Shown one piece after another: positions 10,498-19,817 of a stretch of 64,000 nucleotides of DNA. The position numbers and the translations under genes were made by a program. Below the pieces are notes generated by a model. That model was not told the DNA's origin. It saw only the letters and a list, made by a program, of their open reading frames with translations, and did not search any database. The first letter of the stretch is position 1; each line of letters begins with the position of its first letter. This DNA comes from an uncultured Verrucomicrobiota bacterium (GTDB lineage: Bacteria; Verrucomicrobiota; Kiritimatiellia; CAIVKH01): contig CAYYAR010000018.1 of the NCBI GenBank assembly GCA_964470065.1, forward strand, positions 4,960-68,959, given 5' to 3'.

Positions 10498-13400
10498 ATG
10501 CTAAAACGTTTTTACAGTGTGCTTTTTATTGTTTTTTCAATCGTTCCGGTGCAGGGACAGACATTTCCGGCTGGCATGGGGGCAACGCCGTATGCCGGCT
10601 CGATGGGAACCGGTACGACGTTCCGGGTGTGGGCGGGCTCGGCCACCAACGTGCAGGTGGTAGGAACCTTTAACAACTGGAACCGGACCACCAACTCCCT
10701 GCTGCGGGAAGGCTCCAGTGAAATCTGGTCCGCCAACATCGCGGGCGCGCGACCAAGCCAACAATATCACTATCTCATCAACGGAAACACCCGTCGACGC
10801 GATCCCCGCGGAGCCCGCATCGTTGATTACAACAACAACGACTCCATCATTTACGACCAGCAAGCCTATCAGTGGAAGTCCGGCGAGTTCGCGGCGCCCC
10901 CGCCCGAGAACATGGTGATTTACGAGCTGCATGTTGGAACCTTCAATGACCCCAACCCTGCGCAAGGCGGCTCGGCCAGCCTGGACGATGCCCGGGCCAG
11001 GCTCGACTACATCGCCAGTCTCGGCGCCAACACGGTGAAGATCATGCCCGTGACGGAATTCCCCGGCACGCACAGCTGGGGCTACAACCCGACCGATCTG
11101 TATGCGGTCGACAACCTGATTTATGGCGGCCCCGATGCCTTGAAACGATTTGTCGATGACGCCCATCAACGCGGCATCGCGGTGATTTTGGATATCGTGC
11201 ACAACCATTACGGCAGCGGCGATACAAACGACCTCGCCAGCTCGCTGTGGAATTTCGACGGCCAGGCCGGCCCGCTGGGCGGAGGCATCTACTTCTACCA
11301 AGACCCCGTCAAGGCCGCCACCGAATGGGGACGCCGCCCGGACTATCAGCACGAACAAGTCCGCAACTTCATCAAGGACAACGCGCGATCCTGGCTGCGC
11401 GATTACCGCCTCGACGGATTTCGCTGGGATGCCACCAAGTATATCCGGCAGGCCAACAACGGTTCGGCCATCGCCGAGGGAGAGTCGTTGCTTCGCGAAA
11501 TCAACACCATCATCAAGACGGAGTTCACCAACAAGATCAGCATCGCCGAAGACTTGCAGCAACTTCCCTCCACCACCGCCCCGACCAACACCGGAGGCTT
11601 GGCCTTTGACTCCGACTGGCAAACCGAGGTCCATTTTGCGCTCGTGCAAGAACTCTCCAAAACCAATGGCACGCCCGATCTTGATCGCATCCTCTCCCCG
11701 TCCGCGCTGAATTACACCTCGCACACCCGCCGGGTGGTCTACACGGAATCGCACGACGAAGTCGGCGTGAAAAACGGCAAGTTCCGCGTGCCCTACCGGA
11801 TGAACACGAATGATCCTTCAGCCAAGATCGCCCGGCAGAAAAGCCTTCTCGCCGCCGGGCTCATGATCACCTCGCCGGGAATTCCCATGTTGTTCCAGGG
11901 ACAGGAAATGTTCGAAACGGTATCGTTTGACGATACGAATTCGGTCAACTGGGCGCTGACCAACACATACGCCGGCATACACACCTTCTATAAGGATGCA
12001 ATCCGCCTGCGGCAGAACTATTACGGAAACACCGGCGGACTGACCGGAAAACTGGTCACCGCGGAAAAACAACTGCTCACCAACGGCATCGACTATCTGG
12101 TTAGCACGCACCGCAGGAATGCCGGCGGAGCGGGTGACGATGTGTTCGTGGTCGCCAATCTTTCCGCCATTCCCCAGATGAACGAATGGATTACCTTTCC
12201 GGTTACCGGATCCTGGTACGCGGTGCTGAACAGCGACAGCACCCGTTATAGCAGCGACTTCGGTAACACCGGCCTGAATGAAACCCAGGCCTTCTTCGAC
12301 CGTCGCGGCATGGTCAGCCTCGCGCCCTGGAGTTTCGTCGTCTACGCGCGCGCGCCGATGCCGGTGACCATGTACACGGGAATGGCCATCACCGGGCCTT
12401 TCCGCAGCTGGGATCCATCCGCGAATATGAGCCGATGGCACGATCACACCTGGTCGGCGGATATTTTTCTGTATGCCGCAACCAATCTACCCTTTAAGTT
12501 CTTCGCCAACAGCAGCTACGCCATCGGCTGGGGCGCGGGCAACATCAACACCGGTTCATGGCCGGTATCGGGCACCGGGGTGATTTCCAGCGGCGACAAC
12601 AACCTGACGATCAACATTCCCGAAAACGGAACCTACCGGTTCACTTTCAATAGCGCCTCGGGCGCATTCACCGTGCGCCGGATCACATCCACACCCATCA
12701 CCACCCGGCATCCCAGCATGGCCGTTGCCGGTGAATTCAACAACTTCACCTTGACCCCCAACATGGCGGTAAGTCCATCAGGCATATGGACGGGAACATT
12801 TGCCGCCGTGCGTGGACAGGACATGCGATTCAAGTTCGCTTCGTACGGAACCTGGGACATTTCGTGGGGAGGGTATGGCGATGTTCAAACGCTGCCCGCA
12901 TCCGGTTACGCCACGCGAAATCCATTTGATGATCTCAAACTTCGCGGTCCGCTCAACGGGTTGTACACCTACTCGTTCAACGATGTAACCGGCCAGTTTT
13001 CGGTGGAAAAATCCGGCCCGCCGCCACCTTATGCCAGCATGCAGATCATCGGCAGCTTCAATCAGTGGGGAGGTTTTCTCCCGATGGCCAGCAATGCCCT
13101 CCACTCCTGGCAGTACACCGTGGCGATTAATCAGCCGTGGGACCTGGAGTTTCGCATCGCTGCCAACAACACCGGTTACGACATGGCGTGGGGAAGCAGC
13201 AACGTAATCAACGGGCCGTTTCCCGCCAGCGGGAGTGCGATGCTGGGGCTCAGCAACAACATCATCGTGCAAGGACCCTTGTACGGAGCCTACACCATCA
13301 CCTTTGACAGCTTGAACTGGCAGGTATCGGTTGTTCGCTCTGCTCCGCCGGCGTATCCCGTCATGGCCATCAACGGAAGCTTCAACAGCTGGAGTTCAAC

Positions 13401-14235
13401 TAGCATGCCGGCCATGGTCAGCAACGGCCTGCATCAGTGGAGTTATACGCGCACCTTTTCGCAACCCGAAGCCATCACTTTCAAGTTCAACAATAACCTC
13501 ACGGCCTGGGCCGATCAATTCGGCGTGGCGATTTCCCATCCGCATGTGCTGCCGGTAAACGGGACGGCCGGGATTCATGCCTCCGGCGACAACAACATTT
13601 CCCTGCAGGGACCGCTCAATGGCGTATACACCATTCACTTCAACAGCGACACCCTCGCCTACGCGATCACGCGCGCATCGCCTCATGCCGCCATGGCCGT
13701 AGCCGGGTTGGGCGGAAATTGGAACGCCGTCAACAACATGTACCTGAACGAAGCCGGAATCTGGACGATGGTGACCAATCTCGTGGTCGCCGCCAACGCC
13801 CACGTGGAGTTTAAATTCAAAGCCAATTACAACTGGGACACCAGCTGGGGCGACGGCAAGGTTCACACGACCAACGCTCCCGTCTCCGGCACCGGGTCCA
13901 CCGCCGCCGGCAATATCCGATTGCCCGGTCCATTTAATGGAAATTACCGGTTCACTTTTAATGACTACGACCACTCCTATGCCATTCAGCGGGCCGCCTC
14001 GTTCACCCAACCAATCGCCCTGCAAGCCACCAATGCCGCCGGAAACAAACTGGTGATGAGCTGGCCAAGCTATCCGTACGCCACTTATTCAATCGAGCGC
14101 TCAACCAACCTCGCCCTGCCGAATGCCGGATTCACCAATCATATGATGAATGTTCCCGACGCCGCCGTGATGAATGTATTCACGGTCGGTGTAGGCCATG
14201 CCGCCACTGAATTCTATCGCGTGCGCGGGCAGTAA
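10498..14235 (+). CDS. Secreted GH13 alpha-glucan hydrolase with a TreZ/GH13_10-like catalytic core and an N-terminal CBM48. It also has five tandem ~108-aa carbohydrate-binding-like modules and a ~75-aa C-terminal domain.
   Basis: Signal peptide MLKRFYSVLFIVFSIVPVQG. GH13 core motifs: TFRVWAGSATNVQVVGTFNNW (CBM48), VIYELHVGTFN, IMPVTEFPGTHSWGYNP, VILDIVHNHYG, GFRWDAT. Repeats begin at about 12383, 12718, 13039, 13363 and 13693. The ORF-track start 10402 was trimmed to the signal-peptide Met. Confidence 0.85.
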   Translation: MLKRFYSVLFIVFSIVPVQGQTFPAGMGATPYAGSMGTGTTFRVWAGSATNVQVVGTFNNWNRTTNSLLREGSSEIWSANIAGARPSQQYHYLINGNTRRRDPRGARIVDYNNNDSIIYDQQAYQWKSGEFAAPPPENMVIYELHVGTFNDPNPAQGGSASLDDARARLDYIASLGANTVKIMPVTEFPGTHSWGYNPTDLYAVDNLIYGGPDALKRFVDDAHQRGIAVILDIVHNHYGSGDTNDLASSLWNFDGQAGPLGGGIYFYQDPVKAATEWGRRPDYQHEQVRNFIKDNARSWLRDYRLDGFRWDATKYIRQANNGSAIAEGESLLREINTIIKTEFTNKISIAEDLQQLPSTTAPTNTGGLAFDSDWQTEVHFALVQELSKTNGTPDLDRILSPSALNYTSHTRRVVYTESHDEVGVKNGKFRVPYRMNTNDPSAKIARQKSLLAAGLMITSPGIPMLFQGQEMFETVSFDDTNSVNWALTNTYAGIHTFYKDAIRLRQNYYGNTGGLTGKLVTAEKQLLTNGIDYLVSTHRRNAGGAGDDVFVVANLSAIPQMNEWITFPVTGSWYAVLNSDSTRYSSDFGNTGLNETQAFFDRRGMVSLAPWSFVVYARAPMPVTMYTGMAITGPFRSWDPSANMSRWHDHTWSADIFLYAATNLPFKFFANSSYAIGWGAGNINTGSWPVSGTGVISSGDNNLTINIPENGTYRFTFNSASGAFTVRRITSTPITTRHPSMAVAGEFNNFTLTPNMAVSPSGIWTGTFAAVRGQDMRFKFASYGTWDISWGGYGDVQTLPASGYATRNPFDDLKLRGPLNGLYTYSFNDVTGQFSVEKSGPPPPYASMQIIGSFNQWGGFLPMASNALHSWQYTVAINQPWDLEFRIAANNTGYDMAWGSSNVINGPFPASGSAMLGLSNNIIVQGPLYGAYTITFDSLNWQVSVVRSAPPAYPVMAINGSFNSWSSTSMPAMVSNGLHQWSYTRTFSQPEAITFKFNNNLTAWADQFGVAISHPHVLPVNGTAGIHASGDNNISLQGPLNGVYTIHFNSDTLAYAITRASPHAAMAVAGLGGNWNAVNNMYLNEAGIWTMVTNLVVAANAHVEFKFKANYNWDTSWGDGKVHTTNAPVSGTGSTAAGNIRLPGPFNGNYRFTFNDYDHSYAIQRAASFTQPIALQATNAAGNKLVMSWPSYPYATYSIERSTNLALPNAGFTNHMMNVPDAAVMNVFTVGVGHAATEFYRVRGQ

Positions 14236-14256
14236 TCGTCGTCCGGGACGCGCGGG

Positions 14257-15921
14257 ATGGACCGTGAAAAGAACTCGGGAGTTGACGCCGTCCGTTGTGT
14301 CCCGCGATTATCTCCGCCCATGACAAGCCCAGCATCCTCTTCATGGCCGGCGGGTTATCTGTGCCTGGTCCTCCATGCCCACCTGCCGTACGTGCGCCAT
14401 CCCGAGTATCCCGAGTTTCTCGAGGAACGCTGGCTGTTTGAAGCGGTGCGCGAGTGTTACTTGCCGCTGCTACGCGTGCTCGGCGAACGCCAACCCGCGG
14501 CCGGCGAGGCCCGCCTTACCCTCTCGCTCTCGCCCACCCTGATGGCCATGCTCGACGATCGTCTTCTCCGCGATCGCTGCACGCGACACCTCGATCGCGT
14601 CGCGCTGTTCGCGGCCAAGGAAGTGAAACGCACCGAGGGCGACGCACGCTGGCAGCCGCTGGCCCGCTTCTATGAGTCGGTGTCGGAAGCGAATCTGGCG
14701 ACGTGGCGGGCGCTTGATCACGGCGATCTTGTTGGCGCATGCGGGGAAGCGGAAAAGCGTGGCGCGGTGGAGTTGATCACCACCGCGGCCACACATGCCT
14801 TTCTCCCTGTCTGGCGCCGCCACCCCGATGCCGTGCGCCGCCAAATCGAAACCGGCGTGCACGCCTTCACGCAACGTATCGGCCACGCACCCGCCGGCCT
14901 GTGGTTGCCCGAATGCGGTTACTATCCAGGACTGGAAATATTTCTCGCCGATGCCGGGATAAAGTACTTTTTTCTCGAAACCCACGGCTTGCTCCACGCG
15001 CAACCCGCGCCGCCTTTCGGAGTCTCCGCACCGGTGATTTGTCCCAACGGCGTGGCAGCCTTTGGGCGCGACCCGGAATCCTCGCGACAGGTCTGGAGCG
15101 CGCAGGATGGATATCCGGGCGACTTCGATTACCGCGAGTACTACCATGACATCGGCAGCATGTGGCCGGTCGACGAGCTGAAGAAGATATTTCCTGTCGC
15201 CGATCTCGACGCCTCCACCGGATTTAAATATCTCCGCATCACCGGAGGCGAAGGCGTCAAGGAGCCGTACCATCCCGGCCGCGCTGCCGACAAAGCCAAG
15301 CTGCACGCGCTCGATTTTCTCGAAAAAAAATCCGGGCAAGCCGCTATCGCCGGGCCGGAAATGGATGTTCCGCCGGTTTTTGTCGCTCCGTTCGATGCTG
15401 AGCTATTCGGTCATTGGTGGTTTGAAGGGCCCTTGTTTCTCGACGCGCTGCTTCGTCTCGCTGATCGCGGCGGATCCATCGCCATGATCACGCCTTCGGA
15501 CTACCTGGCCCGTCATCCAGGAGGTCACGAGGCCATACCCTCGGCCTCGACCTGGGGCGCCCGCGGTTATCATGAAGTCTGGATCAACGATGCGACCGCG
15601 TGGATGTATCCGCATCTTTTTCGCGCCGCCGGGCAAGCCGCGATGCTGGAGGCGGAGGCGCACCCATCCATCGCACCGGCAGTCAAGCAGGACGTGATCA
15701 GGCAGGCGCGCCGGGAACTCATGCTGGCCCAATCATCCGACTGGCCGTTCATGCTCAACGCCGGAAGCCATGTCGCCTATGCGGAAAAGCGGGTGCGCGA
15801 TCACCTCGCCCGCTTTTACTGGTTGGCCGATGCCTTGAAGAGCGGACAACTCGACGAAGCCCGCTGGCAGGCGATTTCCACCGTGGACTACATTTTCCCC
15901 GGCGCGCAGATCCGCGATTAA
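14257..15921 (+). CDS. GH57-family 1,4-alpha-glucan branching enzyme-like protein, with no signal peptide. The start could alternatively be 14320.
   Basis: GH57 hallmark segments: LVLHAHLPYVRHPE, WLPECGY, PFDAELFGHWWFEG, MLAQSSDWPF. It begins 22 bp after the GH13 gene. Confidence 0.8.
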   Translation: MDREKNSGVDAVRCVPRLSPPMTSPASSSWPAGYLCLVLHAHLPYVRHPEYPEFLEERWLFEAVRECYLPLLRVLGERQPAAGEARLTLSLSPTLMAMLDDRLLRDRCTRHLDRVALFAAKEVKRTEGDARWQPLARFYESVSEANLATWRALDHGDLVGACGEAEKRGAVELITTAATHAFLPVWRRHPDAVRRQIETGVHAFTQRIGHAPAGLWLPECGYYPGLEIFLADAGIKYFFLETHGLLHAQPAPPFGVSAPVICPNGVAAFGRDPESSRQVWSAQDGYPGDFDYREYYHDIGSMWPVDELKKIFPVADLDASTGFKYLRITGGEGVKEPYHPGRAADKAKLHALDFLEKKSGQAAIAGPEMDVPPVFVAPFDAELFGHWWFEGPLFLDALLRLADRGGSIAMITPSDYLARHPGGHEAIPSASTWGARGYHEVWINDATAWMYPHLFRAAGQAAMLEAEAHPSIAPAVKQDVIRQARRELMLAQSSDWPFMLNAGSHVAYAEKRVRDHLARFYWLADALKSGQLDEARWQAISTVDYIFPGAQIRD

Positions 15922-15926
15922 ATTGT

Positions 15927-15956
15927 GGTGTAACCGGCTTTACGCTATAATTGCCC
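15927..15956 (+). promoter_or_regulatory. Sigma-70-like promoter TTGTGG-N17-TATAAT upstream of the 15982 gene.
   Basis: GTGGTGTAACCGGCTTTACGCTATAATTG; the -10 hexamer is a perfect TATAAT. Confidence 0.35.
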
Positions 15957-15981
15957 CCACAAGGAAAAGGATAGCTTTACC

Positions 15982-16950
15982 ATGAATACTCGTGCGCGCG
16001 CGTTTTTGACGGTGGCTTTCGCGGCCATCGCCATCGCCTCCCCGGCTCAAGTCTACAAAACGCATCATCTGGAAATTCTTAGCCAAATGCAGGCGATGTC
16101 CCAAGGAACCTACTCCGAAGCCGAGTGGAACCAGTTGACCGATCGCTTGCACCAGATGCTTGCAGAAGCACAAACCGCCGGAAATTGGGATGACTACGTG
16201 GAAACCCAGGTAATTCACGCCAAGGCATTGGCAGCCCGGGGTCGTCAGGACGAGGCGTTGCGCCTGATGAATGAAACATTGGCCGCCCATCGCGACCTGC
16301 CGGTCCCGGCCATGAAAAAGGTGTATGTCGAACTGGCATCGCTGTATGCCCGCGAAGGTAACGAAGACGCGGTGAACCGCGTGATGACCGAATTCCGCAA
16401 AAGCCCGCACTTCGACGGCGAGACGTACGGTTATTCCGGCGGCTACGGACCGGACGATCCGCTCGTGGTACCCAGGCCGCGAGCCGGCGCCAGCGGATCC
16501 ATCTCGATGACCGCTCTCCGCGTTCAGCAATCGCGCGCTCACTATGCCACCGGAGCTACATTTCCCGCTTTTTCCATCCGGGACTGGAACGGTCGCAACC
16601 ATGTTCTGCGCGAATTCCGCCAGCGCGTGGTGCTGCTCGACTTTTGGGCAAACACGCACAACTGGCGGCGCGATCTTCCCTACCGCAAAGGCATATACGA
16701 GCGGTATCACGGCCGCGGACTTGATGTGCTCGGCCTCTTTATCAGTCCCAATGAACAACAGGGGCGCATGCTTGCCGCGGACCATCAACTGCCCTGGCCG
16801 TGCGCCACTGCCGCCCGCCCCCTGATGAAGGAACTCGGCATTTTTGGCGATGCCACCAATTTTCTTCTCGATGAAAACGGCGTGATTCTTGCCCGTGATC
16901 TTTACGGTTCGGAACTGGACGCTGCCATCCAAGCCGCCCTTCGCCGTTGA
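15982..16950 (+). CDS. Secreted protein with an N-terminal helical (TPR-like) region and a C-terminal thioredoxin-like (TlpA/ResA-type) fold that lacks the CxxC active site.
   Basis: Signal peptide MNTRARAFLTVAFAAIAIASPAQV. VVLLDFWANTHNWRR occupies the position of the canonical FWASWCxPC motif. Confidence 0.6.
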   Translation: MNTRARAFLTVAFAAIAIASPAQVYKTHHLEILSQMQAMSQGTYSEAEWNQLTDRLHQMLAEAQTAGNWDDYVETQVIHAKALAARGRQDEALRLMNETLAAHRDLPVPAMKKVYVELASLYAREGNEDAVNRVMTEFRKSPHFDGETYGYSGGYGPDDPLVVPRPRAGASGSISMTALRVQQSRAHYATGATFPAFSIRDWNGRNHVLREFRQRVVLLDFWANTHNWRRDLPYRKGIYERYHGRGLDVLGLFISPNEQQGRMLAADHQLPWPCATAARPLMKELGIFGDATNFLLDENGVILARDLYGSELDAAIQAALRR

Positions 16951-16955
16951 TCTTG

Positions 16956-17813
16956 ATGAAGCTGGTTTATATCGGCGCAAACGGCATGCTCGGACGGGAT
17001 CTGCTCGAGGCCGCACGTCAGGAAGGGATCGACACCACTGGTCTGGACTTGCCGGCCATCGACATCACCCGTATCGACAGCGTCCGCGCCGCCTTGCCGC
17101 CGTGCGACGTGGTCATCAACGGTGCCGCCTACACGCGGGTCGATGACGCGGAGCGCGAAGTTGACACGGCGCGCGCTATCAATGCGACCGGAGCCGGCCA
17201 TGTGGCTGCGGTGTGCGCCGAAAGGAAGATTCGCCTGTTGCACATCAGCACCGACTATGTGTTTGATGGCGGCAAGGGTTCCGCCTATCTCGAAACCGAT
17301 CCGGTCCACCCGCTCAGCGTGTACGGCTCCACCAAACGGGAAGGCGAGGAACTGGTTGATCGTGCCGGCGGTCAGGCGCTGGTGGTACGCACGCAATCGC
17401 TGTATGGTGTGCACGGCCGCAACTTCGTGAAGGCCATCCTGAACCAGGTGCGTCAAGGCAAGCGCGAGTTGACGGTTGTTTCCGATCAAATTTCCTCGCC
17501 GACGTATACGCGGCACCTGGCCGGCGCGCTGCTCCGGCTGGCTCAATTGACATCCACCGGCATCGTGCATGCCGCCTCGCGGGGCGCCTGCTCGTGGCAC
17601 GCGTTCGCCATGGAAATTATCCGCATGACCGGATGGGATAGCTCGGTGCACATCAAACCCATGTCGGCATCGCAACTCAAGTACCCGGCGCCACGGCCGG
17701 CATTTTCAGAGTTATCCACGGCGCGGTACGAACAATGGACCGGTCAGTCCATGCCGACATGGCAGGAAGGATTGCAGGCCTATCTCCAGGAAGAGGAGCT
17801 CGCCCGGCCATAG
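16956..17813 (+). CDS. rfbD: dTDP-4-dehydrorhamnose reductase
   Basis: MKLVYIGANGMLG Rossmann start, and an ...ISTDYVFDG... YGSTK (YxxxK) RmlD-type pattern. About 286 aa. Confidence 0.85.
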   Translation: MKLVYIGANGMLGRDLLEAARQEGIDTTGLDLPAIDITRIDSVRAALPPCDVVINGAAYTRVDDAEREVDTARAINATGAGHVAAVCAERKIRLLHISTDYVFDGGKGSAYLETDPVHPLSVYGSTKREGEELVDRAGGQALVVRTQSLYGVHGRNFVKAILNQVRQGKRELTVVSDQISSPTYTRHLAGALLRLAQLTSTGIVHAASRGACSWHAFAMEIIRMTGWDSSVHIKPMSASQLKYPAPRPAFSELSTARYEQWTGQSMPTWQEGLQAYLQEEELARP

Positions 17814-17835
17814 CGTGGCGAGATCGCTTCGGATT

Positions 17836-18405
17836 TCAGGGCGCGGGAATAAATAACTTCTGACCGATGCGCAACATATCCGCGCTTTGCAGATTGTTGG
17901 CCGCCATTATGTCCGCACTGCTCACGCTATACGCCTTGGCAATGGCCGACAGCGTTTCGCCTTGCTCCACAACATGCTCGTAACCCTTATCCGAAATCGG
18001 CCGGCGCGGGGCCGGCGCGGGGGGTGGTCGCGATGCTTGTTGCTTCAGCATGGCGGCCACATCGCGGGAAATCCGGTCGACGATATCTTTTTTGTCCTGC
18101 TCGCGGGCGGATTCCACGGAGCGAATGCTTCGCCGCAAATCATCCAGCGCGGTGTTGTAGGCCTGCATCTGTGCCTGCAAGTTGCGCGACTGATCGCTGT
18201 TGGCGGCATTGACTTGCTGGCTCAACTGCTGCAGGTCGTCTTCCAACGCATCCAACCGGGCCCGCATCCGTCGCAAATCCTCTTGCAGTATGAGGTTGTC
18301 CTCACGCTGTTGTTGCATGGCCACGCGTTGTTCGTCCTGATTGATCACGCACCCCGGGGCCAGACCGAGCAGGACGATCGTTAAAGCAAATCGCAAAAAA
18401 ATCAT
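17836..18405 (-). CDS. Lipoprotein with a coiled-coil region and a C-terminal LysM peptidoglycan-binding domain.
   Basis: Lipobox LLGLAPGC, then a long Q/L/R-rich coiled coil, then the LysM consensus YEHVVEQGETLSAIAKAY...LRIGQKLFIP. Start trimmed to MIFLRF. Confidence 0.7.
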   Translation of the reverse strand: MIFLRFALTIVLLGLAPGCVINQDEQRVAMQQQREDNLILQEDLRRMRARLDALEDDLQQLSQQVNAANSDQSRNLQAQMQAYNTALDDLRRSIRSVESAREQDKKDIVDRISRDVAAMLKQQASRPPPAPAPRRPISDKGYEHVVEQGETLSAIAKAYSVSSADIMAANNLQSADMLRIGQKLFIPAP

Positions 18406-18482
18406 GATGCACTCTCCGTTGCTCTCGCCTATAACCATACCACATCCGTGGCGCGGTTGAAACAAGTGTTCAAGGAGGCGGA

Positions 18483-19799
18483 ATGACAGGCGATGTATTG
18501 ATCAAAAACGGGCGCATATGGCCATCGGCACACCGGGATGTGATCGAGGGCGGATCGGTACTCATCAAGGATGGACGCATCGCCGCGGTCGGAGACATTT
18601 CCGCCCGGGCGCACACCGTGATCGACGCCGATGGTTGCCTGGTCATGCCGGGTTTCGTGCAGGGGCACATCCACATGTGCCAGACCTTGATGCGCGGCAT
18701 CGCCGAGGACCTCGCCCTGCTTCCGTGGTTGCGGGGTTACATCTGGCCCTCCGAGGCCGCCCACCAGCCGGAATCCATTCGTGCTTCGGCGCTTCTCACC
18801 TGCGCGGAGTTGATCCGCGGCGGCACGACGGCTTTTTTGTCCATCGAAACCACGCGTCATACCGACGAGACGTTTCGCGCCGTGGACGAGGCCGGCCTGA
18901 TCGGGGCCATTGGCCATTGCCTCATGGATGAAACCGGCGGTTATCCGCCCATCGCGGTCGACAACAAGGATGCCCTCGCTTATTGCGATATGTTGCTTGA
19001 TCACTGGGAGTCGCACCCCCGGCTGAAACTCGCGGTGGCGCCGCGCTTCGTGCTCAGTTGCTCCGAGGCCAATATGCGGGAGGCCTGCTTGTATGCGCGC
19101 GACCGGAAATTGATGATGCATACCCACAGCTCCGAACAGACCGAAGAGGTGGCGATCGTCAAGGAGCGCACTGGTCGCTGCAACATCTGCTATCTCCACG
19201 ACATCGGCCTCACCGGTCCGGATGTCGGCCTGGCCCACTGCGTGCATGTGCACCCGCGCGAAATGCAATTGCTGCGTGAAACCGGCACGCATGTCCTGCA
19301 TTGCCCTTCCGCCAACTTCAAGCTCGCTTCCGGCATCGCGCCGGTTCCGGAATATTTGAGCGAAGGCATCAACGTATCCATCGGCGGCGACGGCGCGCCC
19401 TGCAATAACCGGCTCGATCAATTTCTAGAAATGCGCCTTGCCGGCATGATGCAAAAAATCCGCCTCGGCCCGGATGCCTTGTATGCCCGCGAGATCGTCA
19501 GGATGGCGACCGAGGGAGGCGCCCGCCTGCTCGGCATGCAGGATGAGCTCGGCACGCTCGATGAAGGCAAGCGGGCCTGCGTGATCCTCGTGGACGACCG
19601 CTCGTTCCACGCCCTGCCCTCGCATGATCCCGCCACGAACATTGTTTATTCCTGCACCGCCGCGGATGTGCAAATGACCATTGTGGACGGCAAGATTCTT
19701 TATGAGGACGGCCAGTTCAACACCATCGACGCCGATCTCTTGAAGGACACCGTGGTGCAAGAACGCAAGAAGTTGATGAAGCGGGCGGGCCTGGTGTAG
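18483..19799 (+). CDS. Amidohydrolase of the TRZ/ATZ family (MTA/SAH deaminase MtaD-like, or SsnA-like).
   Basis: N-terminal beta-sandwich (LIKNGRI...DGRI), an HxH metal motif (GFVQGHIHMCQT), later H (HTHSSE, HCVHV) and D (GGDGA) ligands. 438 aa. Confidence 0.8.
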   Translation: MTGDVLIKNGRIWPSAHRDVIEGGSVLIKDGRIAAVGDISARAHTVIDADGCLVMPGFVQGHIHMCQTLMRGIAEDLALLPWLRGYIWPSEAAHQPESIRASALLTCAELIRGGTTAFLSIETTRHTDETFRAVDEAGLIGAIGHCLMDETGGYPPIAVDNKDALAYCDMLLDHWESHPRLKLAVAPRFVLSCSEANMREACLYARDRKLMMHTHSSEQTEEVAIVKERTGRCNICYLHDIGLTGPDVGLAHCVHVHPREMQLLRETGTHVLHCPSANFKLASGIAPVPEYLSEGINVSIGGDGAPCNNRLDQFLEMRLAGMMQKIRLGPDALYAREIVRMATEGGARLLGMQDELGTLDEGKRACVILVDDRSFHALPSHDPATNIVYSCTAADVQMTIVDGKILYEDGQFNTIDADLLKDTVVQERKKLMKRAGLV

Positions 19800-19817
19800 G
19801 TCCGGATTTGTTGAGGA

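Noticed and set aside
10537-11754. 405-aa minus-strand ORF.
   Set aside because: Antisense to the GH13 gene and low-complexity G/R/V-rich. It is a GC-driven artefact.
15940-17016. 358-aa minus-strand ORF.
   Set aside because: Antisense to the thioredoxin-like and rfbD genes, which have clear homology and signal-peptide or Rossmann starts.
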